DNA of 64,000 bases from a virus. The notes beneath the pieces were generated by a model. The model was not told the DNA's origin and did not search any database. It was given only the letters and a program-made list of their open reading frames with translations. The stretch is from positions 1 through 64,000 of IMG/VR virus record IMGVR_UViG_3300046798_000124; one strand, given 5' to 3'. The first letter of the stretch is position 1, and each line of letters opens with the position of its first letter. Below, piece after piece: positions 18,215 to 27,334 of this stretch. Position numbers and translations under genes: made by a program.

Positions 18215-19888
18215 TCATGTTCGCGATCCAAAAATCGAGCCGGCCTGTTTGAACCATGGCTCACGGGAGGGTGACACCGAACGCCCTCCACCATAAGACG
18301 CGTAGCGCGGCTTCCGCTTGAGCGGGAACGGCCGCGTTGCCCAGGCCACGAAGTCGGTCGGTACGACGGCACAGACACAGGTCCACCCGAGCGGCATCCC
18401 CATCAGCCACTCGACGAACAGCGCCGAGAGTTGCGGGCGCAAGATCCGGCCGCCGAGCGAGGATGGCAGCCCAGCCGCCTCGGTCGTCGGGTCGGGGTGG
18501 CCAGGCAGGAAGCCGCCCGTCATCGACCGGGTGACCTGTTCCGTCAGCGGGCGACTGTTCCTGTGGGCGACCTCCTCCGAGGCCTCGCCCGACCGGAAGT
18601 CCGACTGCCTCGGCGTCATCCACTGGTGACGGACCTGATTCGGCAGCTGCTGCCCTCGGGTCTCGTTCCCCTTGCGCCGCTCCTGAGAGTCCTCCGAATT
18701 CGGCATCCGGTAGTCGCGCGCTGCCGGCGTCGCCCAGTCCTTCGTCATCCCCGTCAGGGAGTCCTGCGCCCCCGGATGGTTGCCGGCCGACTCCGCGTCC
18801 TCGGCCCGACTGGTCGGCCAGAGCCGGATCGCGTCCGTCAGCGTCGTCCCCGGATGCATGCGGCCAGTGGTTGTCGTATGTCGGCCAGCGGAGGCTGCCT
18901 CCTTGGTGTTGGCCGTCGGCCAGTTCGCCTGCGCCTCCTGCGACTCCTGGGCCACGATCGAGAGCGGCACCCCCGCCCCGTTGCCGTTGTAGCCCTTCTC
19001 CTTTAAGAGTGCCTGTCGCTTCCGCCAGGTCTCCGGCCCCTCGCCGTCGTTCGCCACCGACGCGTTCGGGGTCGGCCAGGTCGTCCTGGTCACTTCCTGG
19101 GCCTGACCGTACAGGAGCGGCTCGTCGGAACGCTCCCCACCACGGTAGGCGTTCCTGCCCCCCGACTTCTGGGTCTGCCCATTCTGATTGGCTTCCCAGA
19201 TCCGCCGGTCCTGCGGCGTCAATTCCGTCTCGTCGTGGTACTCGCGCGGCAGGATCCCCTGGCTCAACTCGGCCATCTGACCCAGTGAGGGCTCCGACCA
19301 GTGGCAGTCTACCGTCAACGAGCCCTGGCTCGCCCGATCCGCCGCCACCCGCGGCGTCGACCAGGGCTCGGTCCCAGGCGAGGCACCACCAGCGGTTTCG
19401 GCCATGGGGAGCGCCAACATCGCTCGCTCGGAGACAGCCCCATTCCGCATCGAACCCGCTTTCGGAAAGGCCCCCGAGAACAACGTCGAGTCCTCGTCCG
19501 GTGAGCTGGGCAACGTTCTCCAGGTAGACGTAGCGGGGTCGAACCTCGCGAAGGACGCGGAGGACCTCGAACCAGAGGCCGGAGCGCTCACCGTAGATGC
19601 CGGCGCCACGTCCGGCCAGGGAGATGTCCTGGCAGGGGAAGCCGGCAACGACAAGATCCACGACGCCACGCCACGCTCGGCCGTCGAAGGTTTCGAGATC
19701 GTCCCAGATAGGGAAATGAGGTAGGGTGCCGTCAGACATGCGCGCCGCGAGAACGGCCACAGCAGGGGCTTCGTTCTCAACCGCAGCGACAGTTCGGTAC
19801 CCGGGGAGAGCGCGTCCGACGCCGAGTCCAAGCCCGCCGATGCCGGCGCAGAGCTCAAGACCGTTGAGGGGACGTAGACCCACCCCAT
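18215..19888 (-). CDS. alternative-frame partner chain of the C5 methyltransferase (TRD-like WxTP repeats, motif IX)
   Basis: Six WxT(P/A/S) repeats; FVEWLMGMPLGWT; ATG coupled to upstream TGA; GGAGG RBS. Confidence 0.75.
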   Translation of the reverse strand: MGWVYVPSTVLSSAPASAGLDSASDALSPGTELSLRLRTKPLLWPFSRRACLTAPYLISLSGTISKPSTAERGVASWILSLPASPARTSPWPDVAPASTVSAPASGSRSSASFARFDPATSTWRTLPSSPDEDSTLFSGAFPKAGSMRNGAVSERAMLALPMAETAGGASPGTEPWSTPRVAADRASQGSLTVDCHWSEPSLGQMAELSQGILPREYHDETELTPQDRRIWEANQNGQTQKSGGRNAYRGGERSDEPLLYGQAQEVTRTTWPTPNASVANDGEGPETWRKRQALLKEKGYNGNGAGVPLSIVAQESQEAQANWPTANTKEAASAGRHTTTTGRMHPGTTLTDAIRLWPTSRAEDAESAGNHPGAQDSLTGMTKDWATPAARDYRMPNSEDSQERRKGNETRGQQLPNQVRHQWMTPRQSDFRSGEASEEVAHRNSRPLTEQVTRSMTGGFLPGHPDPTTEAAGLPSSLGGRILRPQLSALFVEWLMGMPLGWTCVCAVVPTDFVAWATRPFPLKRKPRYASYGGGRSVSPSREPWFKQAGSIFGSRT

Positions 19889-19895
19889 CAGTCAC
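18261..19895 (-). CDS. C5-cytosine DNA methyltransferase, catalytic chain (motifs I-VIII, X)
   Basis: LCAGIGG, AGFPCQ, ENV, VGAPHGRNRWW, RLRGLGNAAVP; GTG start 19895. Confidence 0.9.
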   Translation of the reverse strand: MTDGVGLRPLNGLELCAGIGGLGLGVGRALPGYRTVAAVENEAPAVAVLAARMSDGTLPHFPIWDDLETFDGRAWRGVVDLVVAGFPCQDISLAGRGAGIYGERSGLWFEVLRVLREVRPRYVYLENVAQLTGRGLDVVLGGLSESGFDAEWGCLRASDVGAPHGRNRWWCLAWDRALVDAAGGGGSGEPGLVDGRLPLVGALTGSDGRVEPGDPAARVPRRDGIDAAGPADLGSQSEWADPEVGGQERLPWWGAFRRAAPVRSGPGSDQDDLADPERVGGERRRGAGDLAEATGTLKGEGLQRQRGGGAALDRGPGVAGGAGELADGQHQGGSLRWPTYDNHWPHASGDDADGRDPALADQSGRGRGVGRQPSGGAGLPDGDDEGLGDAGSARLPDAEFGGLSGAAQGERDPRAAAAESGPSPVDDAEAVGLPVGRGLGGGRPQEQSPADGTGHPVDDGRLPAWPPRPDDRGGWAAILARRPDLAPATLGAVRRVADGDAARVDLCLCRRTDRLRGLGNAAVPAQAEAALRVLWWRAFGVTLP

Positions 19896-20358
19896 CTCCC
19901 ACCTCAAAGCTCGACAGCACCGTGGCGGTATGCAGAAGCTCCGGCTCGCCGTCAAGCTGGCGACGGGCCTGTTCGGCCACGTAGGCGTCGAAGCCCGGAT
20001 CACGGTTCTGCTCGGCGCGGCGGGCGGTCTCTAGCTTCGCTCCAGGACAGCGTGGTCCCGCGTGGATAGCCCGTCCGTACGGCAGGACGTGCCGCAGCGC
20101 CTCGAGGCGGGTCGGGCCGAGCCTGGGGATCGACCGCAACAGCCAGTCCGGGCAGGGGATGAGCACCCGGTAACAGGTGATACCTGCCCGCCTGATGGCC
20201 ATGATGGTGTCCCGATCCAGACCCAGCCCCGACCACTCGGCCTCGGCGATCTCATCGTCGTACGGGTCGTGCCAGTAGATCCGGTGCGCCTCCCAGAAGG
20301 GAGCCAGATGGGCGGTGCTGGTGCGGTAGCGGCGCTCGGGCGGCACGATCATGACCAT
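19888..20358 (-). CDS. protein with RNA polymerase alpha-CTD-like HhH domain
   Basis: LGLDRDTIMAIRRAGI...LLRSIPRLGPTRLEAL pattern. Confidence 0.55.
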   Translation of the reverse strand: MVMIVPPERRYRTSTAHLAPFWEAHRIYWHDPYDDEIAEAEWSGLGLDRDTIMAIRRAGITCYRVLIPCPDWLLRSIPRLGPTRLEALRHVLPYGRAIHAGPRCPGAKLETARRAEQNRDPGFDAYVAEQARRQLDGEPELLHTATVLSSFEVGGD

Positions 20359-20361
20359 GGC

Positions 20362-21162
20362 TCAACCCCCAAGCCCACTCGGTGAGGCCGGCAGCAGGTA
20401 GGCTCGGACACCGGCATCCTCGAAGACCTCGGCAAGCTCCTCCAGGAGCTCCTCGGCCTCGGTCTCACTCCGGCACTCGACCACGAGCGGGTGGACGAGA
20501 TCATCGACGGCCCCGAGGTGACCCCCGCGACCGCCACCCTGTGGACCGAAGGCCGCGCCGACAACCCGCCCCTCAGGCGCATCATCCACAGGCTCACGCT
20601 TCGAACGGGCCGCAAGTCCCGCCAGCATCACCTTCAGGGGATCGGCCTGGACCTGGGCCTTCGCAGCCAGTTCCGCCAGCTTCTGTCGGTCGGCGGTCGC
20701 CATGGCGCCAATCGGGTCATGGGTCGCCAGAATCGCGGCCTCATCCTCGTCGCTCTGGCAGTCGATCCAGCCCACCGGCACCACCGCCTGGCCGGTCCGG
20801 ATCGCCTCAGCGACCCTGAGGTGGCCGTCGAGGATGCGTCCGGAGCGCCGGCTCACCAGGACCTCGCCGACGAAGCCCACCTCCTCGATCGCCGCTTCGA
20901 GCGCCTCACGCTGGGCGACGGGGTGGCCCCGAAAGTTATCGGGGTGGTTGATCAGGTCCGAGGGGTCGACGAGGTCGTGGGCGACGACGCGGAGGTGCCA
21001 TGCTGGGGTGGCGGCTCGGCGATCATCAGTGCCAACAGGACCGCCAGCCCCTGAAACTGCCGATGCTGTCGTGGCAGGGGTGGCGTCGGCACCCTCAGGC
21101 GAGAGTCGCGGGTCGGCTCGATCCGCTGATGAGGACGCGGTGCTCCGTCTGCCATCAGACAT
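20362..21162 (-). CDS. ParB/Srx N-terminal domain protein
   Basis: HPDNFRGH...IEEVGF...ILDGHLR. Confidence 0.8.
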   Translation of the reverse strand: MSDGRRSTASSSADRADPRLSPEGADATPATTASAVSGAGGPVGTDDRRAATPAWHLRVVAHDLVDPSDLINHPDNFRGHPVAQREALEAAIEEVGFVGEVLVSRRSGRILDGHLRVAEAIRTGQAVVPVGWIDCQSDEDEAAILATHDPIGAMATADRQKLAELAAKAQVQADPLKVMLAGLAARSKREPVDDAPEGRVVGAAFGPQGGGRGGHLGAVDDLVHPLVVECRSETEAEELLEELAEVFEDAGVRAYLLPASPSGLGG

Positions 21163-21319
21163 GTGCCCGGGCCAGCGCATGGCAGACGACGAGACCAGCA
21201 GCGAGGAACGCGAGGGCCAGGTCCGAGAGACCAAACGGCCCCAACTGGCCAACGCCGATCGAAGCCAGGAGCGCCAGGACACCGGCGATGGCGTAGAGCG
21301 CGGTCGCACCAACCAGCAT
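21155..21319 (-). CDS. small two-TM membrane protein
   Basis: MLVGATALYAIAGVLALL...; GAGGGGG RBS. Confidence 0.55.
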   Translation of the reverse strand: MLVGATALYAIAGVLALLASIGVGQLGPFGLSDLALAFLAAGLVVCHALARAHV

Positions 21320-21518
21320 GACGTCCCCCTCGCTGTGGTGATATTCCTCAACGGATTTCGTTGAGGATACTGCACACTCCAGGGTCCATGATACCGCACG
21401 GGTACCCAAAGTCCACCCAAACGGCCCAGGAATGGGTACTCCCTGGTCGGCTTGACTGGCTGACCATGAGTGAGGACTGTGACCGCACGTCTGCGGTCGG
21501 CGACTGAGGAGATGGAAC

Positions 21519-21704
21519 ATGCTTGAACAACGCCAGTGGTGCGAGGACATCGAGACGCTGCTGGGGTATGACGCGCGACCCGAGCCGCATTCCCGCTGCC
21601 GTCGCTGCGGGAGGGTCTACAGATGGTCCGGGTTCGTGTCGATCAAGATCGGCCCGTGTATCGCTGAGCGCTGGCCGTGTCTGGAATCGTCGGCCGGCGA
21701 CTGA
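21519..21704 (+). CDS. small Zn-binding hypothetical protein
   Basis: GAGGAG RBS; CRRCG. Confidence 0.5.
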   Translation: MLEQRQWCEDIETLLGYDARPEPHSRCRRCGRVYRWSGFVSIKIGPCIAERWPCLESSAGD

Positions 21705-21717
21705 GGAGGTGCGGGGG

Positions 21718-22008
21718 ATGGACAAGACAAGACTGGCTGAGATCAGACGCATCGCTCAGCATGCCGTCGATTATCCGTCAGTGACGGTTGGTGGCAGCAT
21801 GTCGATGCCGTCATGGACGACGCAGCTCGGCGGCGCGGTGCTCGACCTCTTGGTCGAGCGGGCAGCTATGCGGGCGGCGGGTGATGGGATGGCGCAGTGG
21901 TTGGAGACGTTGACGGAGCTTCACCCGGAGGCGCACTACAGCCGCGCGGCACTCCAGGCATGGCGGGCGCTCGCCGGCCAGGACGCGGCGACTGAGGAGG
22001 GGTCTTGA
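21718..22008 (+). CDS. hypothetical protein
   Basis: GGAGG RBS; MDKTRLAEIRRIA. Confidence 0.55.
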   Translation: MDKTRLAEIRRIAQHAVDYPSVTVGGSMSMPSWTTQLGGAVLDLLVERAAMRAAGDGMAQWLETLTELHPEAHYSRAALQAWRALAGQDAATEEGS

Positions 22009-22532
22009 CAGGATATTGTCCAGATTGCGGTGGAACCGCGTGCATCTGCCCGGTGCCGTCTGCCGCGACGGATGACCATGAGCCGTGGGTGTACGGCGAC
22101 CCAATGACGCCAGCACGCCTCGCCCGCATTCGTCAGGCAGCGAACGGCCCGTACGGCGTCACTGACGAGATGGCGGACGACCTGCTGGCCGAGGTCGCTC
22201 GCCTGCGATCCGAGCTCCACGATGCCAACGTTGCGGCGGTCGGCGCGGCCATGCTCCGTCAGAACACGCTCAAGGAGCGGGACGCGCTGCGGGAGGCGAT
22301 GGAGCGCATCGCGTACGGACCATGCGAACCCGGTTGCTATTCGGAGCGCGGATCGCCGTGCATATGCTGGCTAGACGTTGCGAGGCGGGCGCTCGCCGGG
22401 CGTGGCGAGGCAGTCCTACCCGACCCGCTCGACGGTGAAGTGGCACCATCTGAGCCACAGGATCGTCGGGACATCCCAGGTGGAGATACTGAGCGCGGCG
22501 TAGCGAATCTCGGCCAGGCCCCTGGCGGTTAG
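22005..22532 (+). CDS. coiled-coil hypothetical protein (Ead/Ea22-like pattern)
   Basis: MTPARLARIR...DLLAEVARLR; GAGGAGG RBS. Confidence 0.55.
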   Translation: MTGYCPDCGGTACICPVPSAATDDHEPWVYGDPMTPARLARIRQAANGPYGVTDEMADDLLAEVARLRSELHDANVAAVGAAMLRQNTLKERDALREAMERIAYGPCEPGCYSERGSPCICWLDVARRALAGRGEAVLPDPLDGEVAPSEPQDRRDIPGGDTERGVANLGQAPGG

Positions 22533-22889
22533 GTACACGGCGTCGTAGACCTCGGCCAGTTGCTCGAAGTCAATGGTCGGATCCGACCATTGGTCCGGCA
22601 TCCAACGGTAGGGGCGATCCGCCACCGCAAGTTGAAAGCCGAGCCAGCTGTCGATCTCATAGACGAGCGGGTTCTCGGCCGTCACCCGCCAGAGCGCCCC
22701 GTCCTTCAGAAAGCCGGGATTGTCCGTCCCGAGGCACCAGTCCATCCAGAGCGACGGCAGTCCAGGGACCTCCGGACAGGTCCAGAGTCCACCCGAGGGC
22801 TTGCCCAGTGGTCCGGCGTCCTTCATCGAGATCGGATTCCAGCGCTCCGGCACCGGCTCATCGCCAACGAAGATGCTGCTGAGCGCCAC
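22416..22889 (-). CDS. conserved phage protein (KPxGGLWT...IDFE...WDV family)
   Basis: Motif recognition; function unknown. Confidence 0.6.
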   Translation of the reverse strand: MALSSIFVGDEPVPERWNPISMKDAGPLGKPSGGLWTCPEVPGLPSLWMDWCLGTDNPGFLKDGALWRVTAENPLVYEIDSWLGFQLAVADRPYRWMPDQWSDPTIDFEQLAEVYDAVYLTARGLAEIRYAALSISTWDVPTILWLRWCHFTVERVG

Positions 22890-22892
22890 CGG

Positions 22893-23198
22893 CTACTCCC
22901 ACGGCCCATGGGTGCGCTCCGGGTTCAGCACGACCGCGACCATCCAGATGTCGAGGATCGGGATGAGCTTCTGCCACTCGTCCTGGTCATCGAGATCGCT
23001 CCAGCGGTGCTCAACCGCGGTGACGCGCGCCTGAAGTGGCGGACCAACTGGACGGTCAAGATCCTGGATAGGCCAGGGCAGGCACAGAAGCTCACCAACA
23101 CGGGGAACGGCCTCAACCTCAAGCTCGATCTGATGCGACTCCGTGAGACGACGGTCATCAGGATGCCCGCTGGGGTGCAGCTCGACCCAGACCCGCAT
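22893..23198 (-). CDS. hypothetical protein
   Basis: GAGG RBS; VPRVGE motif. Confidence 0.55.
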   Translation of the reverse strand: MRVWVELHPSGHPDDRRLTESHQIELEVEAVPRVGELLCLPWPIQDLDRPVGPPLQARVTAVEHRWSDLDDQDEWQKLIPILDIWMVAVVLNPERTHGPWE

Positions 23199-23199
23199 G

Positions 23200-23463
23200 T
23201 CAGGCCTCGGTCTCGGTCTGGCCGGTGTCCTCCAGGTCGGCGATGGTGCCGATGGGCGCGAAGTCCTTGACACCCAGGAGGACGCGGTCGCCGTGGCGCA
23301 GGTAGATGATGTCGTAGGGACCGTGTTCTGGCGGCCAGCAGACCAGCGCCGTCGCCCGCCAGGGGGCACCTGGACGGCTGAGGTAGACGGCGGCGTACTC
23401 CTGGCCACGGAAGCGGTAGATGCCACCCTCACGGAGCGGGCTCACGGTGTCAGGTGCCGCCAT
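23200..23463 (-). CDS. hypothetical protein
   Basis: Tight operon packing. Confidence 0.55.
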   Translation of the reverse strand: MAAPDTVSPLREGGIYRFRGQEYAAVYLSRPGAPWRATALVCWPPEHGPYDIIYLRHGDRVLLGVKDFAPIGTIADLEDTGQTETEA

Positions 23464-23887
23464 AGTCCACCCCATAGATCGCCCGCAGGTAGGTCTCCTC
23501 CGAGACCAGCGGCCGGAGCGCCGCCATCAGCCGCTCGGCGCGCGCGGCCAGGCGCTTCGGACAATCGTGGTGGACCTCGACGCGGCCGAACCTCGGCTGA
23601 AGACAGGTGGAGTAGTGCTCGATCGTCTGGTGGCCGTCGTAGGTGCCAGAGGTCGTACAGGTTGGACAGGCATGGATGGCCTCGGTATCGAAGCCGTCGG
23701 CAGCGAGCAGCACCCAGCCCTCCTCACCCACAAAGACACCCTTATGCCAGCCGGGCTTGACGCCATCGACCGTGGCGTAGAGCGTGGTCCCACAGGCGTC
23801 GTAGTCGTGGTAGCTCGGGTCGTCTCGACGGAACGCCGGCACCATGTCAGGCCGGCAGTTCAAACAGCCATGCACGTGCTCCGTCAT
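23450..23887 (-). CDS. Cys-rich hypothetical protein
   Basis: GGAG RBS; ATGA coupling. Confidence 0.6.
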   Translation of the reverse strand: MTEHVHGCLNCRPDMVPAFRRDDPSYHDYDACGTTLYATVDGVKPGWHKGVFVGEEGWVLLAADGFDTEAIHACPTCTTSGTYDGHQTIEHYSTCLQPRFGRVEVHHDCPKRLAARAERLMAALRPLVSEETYLRAIYGVDYGGT

Positions 23888-24045
23888 GTCGGACTCCCGT
23901 CCTGCTTCCAGGCGGTGAGACAGGCGAAGCCACAGAACACCAGGTCACCGGTCTGGGCTCGGGGCAGTGTGATCCGGGTGTAGGTCGGCAGGCGCTTCCC
24001 ACAGCCCGTGCAGTGGGTCGACTCAGCGGGCTTCGTGGCGGCCAT
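23884..24045 (-). CDS. small Zn-finger (TRASH-like CxxC...FCxxxC) protein
   Basis: CTGCG...FCGFAC; GGAGG RBS. Confidence 0.55.
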   Translation of the reverse strand: MAATKPAESTHCTGCGKRLPTYTRITLPRAQTGDLVFCGFACLTAWKQDGSPT

Positions 24046-24233
24046 CGTACACCTCCCCCCACGGCATGGTACACCGACCACTGGCCGGCCAAAGACGGCT
24101 GTTTTCGACGGGTTTCGGCCGTCTTACGGCGCATATGCGGCGGCGTATGACCAGAATCGGCGCGTTGGTGCGACGCGCGTGGGGATCTCTCGAAGGGGGC
24201 GCCGAGTGGCGAACATATTGATTCATAGCTCCG

Positions 24234-24698
24234 TCACTCGGGATCGTGGACCGGCGGCAGGGCCTCGTCGGCGGCCTGAAAGGCGTCGAGGGCAGCCGAG
24301 GTTGCTTCGGCGGCGGCGGTTAGCATGCGCCTCCGGGTCTCCTCCGGCGCCTGGTGGTGGTTGTAGTAGGTGGTCAGCAGGAGATCAGCGGAGGCGAGGA
24401 CGACGCGGGCGAGTGCCAGGCGCGTCCAGACGTAGCGCAGCTGCTGGCGCTGATGCTCGGCCTCAGCCGAGGCGTAGAGCGCCATCGCGGCCGCGGCCTG
24501 ACCTGGGGGGTAGCGCGGCGGCTCTTCGGGAGTACCGACGCCTGGGCGCACGTGCTCCTCCATCAGGGCCGCGGCATAGACCAGGTGGCTCACGATCTCC
24601 TGTGCCACGCGCGGGGACAGATCCTGGCCGGCGGTATGCACGACGTCGAAGCTGGTCCTGACGGCCTCCAGCACCACCGCCGCTACCTTCGGGTCCAT
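24234..24698 (-). CDS. helical hypothetical protein
   Basis: TGATG coupling. Confidence 0.55.
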   Translation of the reverse strand: MDPKVAAVVLEAVRTSFDVVHTAGQDLSPRVAQEIVSHLVYAAALMEEHVRPGVGTPEEPPRYPPGQAAAAMALYASAEAEHQRQQLRYVWTRLALARVVLASADLLLTTYYNHHQAPEETRRRMLTAAAEATSAALDAFQAADEALPPVHDPE

Positions 24699-25021
24699 CA
24701 GCGGGGCGCGTCCCACCGCGAGCGGGGCCTCGGGACACCAGGATTCCCGCGACTGGGATGCTGCGAGCTGTCAGCGCAGCGGGTACAGACCAGCGCCGAG
24801 CACGAGAGTCGCACCAGGAAGTCACCGGCCGATCCCAGACCGAGGTTGTTACACCAGAACCAGATCGAAACCCAGGCCTCACCGCCACGACGGACCTCAC
24901 TCACCTCACGGACGTAGTGAACCCGACCGGTGGTCCGGATCCGAAAGTAGGACGGTGGGTCCGGCAGGACGGTGACGCCCCGATCAGGCATAGCCCGCTC
25001 GTACTCGGGCAGGCGCACCAC
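24698..25021 (-). CDS. hypothetical protein (H...C...CxxC)
   Basis: Operon packing. Confidence 0.55.
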   Translation of the reverse strand: MVRLPEYERAMPDRGVTVLPDPPSYFRIRTTGRVHYVREVSEVRRGGEAWVSIWFWCNNLGLGSAGDFLVRLSCSALVCTRCADSSQHPSRGNPGVPRPRSRWDAPR

Positions 25022-25023
25022 GG

Positions 25024-25323
25024 CTAGCCACGGCCAGGTCGAGCTGCCGCAACCGTGGGGACGATGGAGGCCTGCTCGCGCTCAGTGAACGGGGCCTCGG
25101 CCATCACGACCCCGAGCGCCTTCGCCAGGTCCTCCCCCACCGCTCGGGCGGAATCCCGCACGGCAAGGCCAATCGTCTTCTCCAACCCCGGCGGGCCATC
25201 GGCCACCTTCACGTCGATGTCAACGGCGATCCCCACCTGCGTGGTCACCACTGTCACCTGGATCCCGACAGCCAGCAACCCAGCATTGGGAAGCTGCAAC
25301 GGCGGGCGCTTCTTCCTGGTCAT
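25024..25323 (-). CDS. hypothetical protein
   Basis: TGATG coupling. Confidence 0.55.
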   Translation of the reverse strand: MTRKKRPPLQLPNAGLLAVGIQVTVVTTQVGIAVDIDVKVADGPPGLEKTIGLAVRDSARAVGEDLAKALGVVMAEAPFTEREQASIVPTVAAARPGRG

Positions 25324-25640
25324 CAGACGGCATCCTCGGGCGGGGCGGCGGCGTCCTGGACCGCCCCAGCATAGTCAGCCAGGGTCAGCAGCAGCGTCCG
25401 GAGGGTCGGAGTGATGGCATCAGCCCCGAGGGTCAGACCCGGGACGAACGGCTCGGTCTGTTCGGCACTGTGCAGCGCAGCTTCCATCAGCAGCATGGCG
25501 ACGTCGTGATCAGAGGCGTCGACGCGGTGGTAGACGATCTCGAAGAGCGCGGCGAGGTGCAGGCTGAGATCATAGAACCACTCCAGGCGGGCAGCGACGG
25601 CGGCCGCGCGGTCAGAGAGGAGCGCGGGATCCTGCGTCAT
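25323..25640 (-). CDS. hypothetical protein, first gene of leftward block
   Basis: AGGAGG RBS. Confidence 0.55.
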   Translation of the reverse strand: MTQDPALLSDRAAAVAARLEWFYDLSLHLAALFEIVYHRVDASDHDVAMLLMEAALHSAEQTEPFVPGLTLGADAITPTLRTLLLTLADYAGAVQDAAAPPEDAV

Positions 25641-25685
25641 CAGGCCTCCTGGCGTACCGACGACGGTACGGGCCACTCATGTCTC

Positions 25686-25747
25686 CAGGATAGCACCAGA
25701 ACGGCCGTGCTGAAAATCCGGAGCAAAAAAATACCCGGACCCCTGAC
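25686..25747 (-). repeat. partial inverted copy of dispersed element core, followed by extended -10 TGCTATCCT
   Basis: Minus strand GTCAGGGGTCCGGGTATTTT...CGGATTTTCAG resembles GCCAGGGGTCCGGGAATTTTCAG at ~52319. Confidence 0.55.
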
Positions 25748-26445
25748 AGCCAGCCAAAGCCCGGGATCCGGGTACCGCATGGAGGGACGGCGTACGGTGG
25801 CCAGCACGCCGATACCCGAGGATAGCAGAACACCCGGTCAGTAGGGACGCACCCCCGGGACCGGGTGTCCATAGGCGAGGGGCTAAGACTCGCCCACCGC
25901 AGCATAGCAGAGAGATCCGGACCCAGAAAAGAGATGGCCCCATAGCGGAGGGAAAAACAGGAGGGATGGTCGGTACAGCGCAGAGAAGTGAGATAGAGCA
26001 AGGGGTTGGGTGGGGACCATGAGCGGTACAGCCGTCCCGGGTTGGCGGCACGTTGCGCTCCCGGCTGCGCTGGACTCCGCGCTGGTACCGGTACCGAGCT
26101 ATCGCCAGCACCTGACCTGGTTGTCAGTACTCGAGCATCATGCCTCGGGTGTCGGTAGAGCTGTGTCCTGTCGTCGATATCCGTACGGCCGGCCGGTAGC
26201 AGTAGCACCGGGCCTAGGCCGGTCGCGCGTACACACACGAGAACAACACGGCACACGGATGAGCGCTGGCCGGTAGCACGCCTATCTACTCGGTATGTGG
26301 CCCGGTGCCAGCAGCCCGGTAGTCGCCCGTTCTACTCGATAGGCCATGCGCCACCAGTACGCCGGTAGCCTTCACTGCTACTCGAAGTAACCCATACCCT
26401 ACGCTCGCCGGCTACCACCCGGCCTACTCGGTACCGGGCCTACCC

Positions 26446-26475
26446 TTGACACTGGGGTATACCGTGGTGTACCGT
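26446..26475 (+). promoter_or_regulatory. sigma70-type promoter with GGTATACC-NN-GGTGTACC operator
   Basis: TTGACA-18-TACCGT; same design at 29579 and 33955. Confidence 0.75.
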
Positions 26476-26505
26476 TAGGCCACCTTGACAACGGAGCGGC
26501 TAAGC

Positions 26506-26850
26506 ATGTCTTACACGCCACGCAATCCCGGCCTTCACAACCTGAGCGCACTACCGAGTGTTTTGCCACTGCCTACCCCATACGTCGAACGTGCCTATCC
26601 CATGGCAGACGATAGCCCGGCTACCGGCGAGTGCTACTGCTCGGCCGACTGCGTGCGTGGCGAGCCCGGCGACACGTGCGACTGTACTGAGTGCCATGAT
26701 GCCGAGTGGCTCACCATGACACCAGTACAGCGTATGTACTGCATGGATCATGCGGCCGGCCGTCACCGGCTACTCGCCCGGTCCGGGTGCCCGATGGCCG
26801 AATGTGCCGAACGTATCGCACGTAACCCGTACGTGAATGGGCATAGGTAA
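26506..26850 (+). CDS. Cys-rich hypothetical protein
   Basis: First ORF after promoter; start may be ~26602. Confidence 0.5.
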   Translation: MSYTPRNPGLHNLSALPSVLPLPTPYVERAYPMADDSPATGECYCSADCVRGEPGDTCDCTECHDAEWLTMTPVQRMYCMDHAAGRHRLLARSGCPMAECAERIARNPYVNGHR

Positions 26851-26854
26851 CCCT

Positions 26855-27334
26855 ATGGATACGATGCCAGACACCACATGTCTACGCTGTGGTGGCGCCA
26901 TGACATACCGTAACGATGCGTACCAGTATTGCCGTACATGTTTCTTCACTGGTAATGCGCATCATCGGGATATGTATGCTCCACTCATGGCACAGTTTCA
27001 GATGCTTCCACAGGTTGCCAGTGTGTATGTGAATCACACTGGCGGAGGATGTTTCGGTCTAGCAGTACAGCTGTCCGATAGTCGGTACGCCTTTATGACC
27101 GATGCGTACTACGATGAAACTACCGGCGCGCTAGAGTACGATGCTACGCTGGACAACGGCCCGGATGGCCTACACTGCATGGTGCTGTATCCATCTGAGG
27201 ATTCGTTCTACGATGACAACGACAGTACCGTATTGGAGTACGGTACCGGCCCGCATCTAGTCGAGTGGCTAGCCGGCCATATCTTCCTTGCTCATGAGAT
27301 GAAGCTTCAAGATGAAGGATGGGCGCCGTCATGA
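26855..27334 (+). CDS. hypothetical protein (CxxC..CxxC; HTGGGC motif)
   Basis: ORF with conserved-looking TGGGC motif. Confidence 0.6.
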   Translation: MDTMPDTTCLRCGGAMTYRNDAYQYCRTCFFTGNAHHRDMYAPLMAQFQMLPQVASVYVNHTGGGCFGLAVQLSDSRYAFMTDAYYDETTGALEYDATLDNGPDGLHCMVLYPSEDSFYDDNDSTVLEYGTGPHLVEWLAGHIFLAHEMKLQDEGWAPS

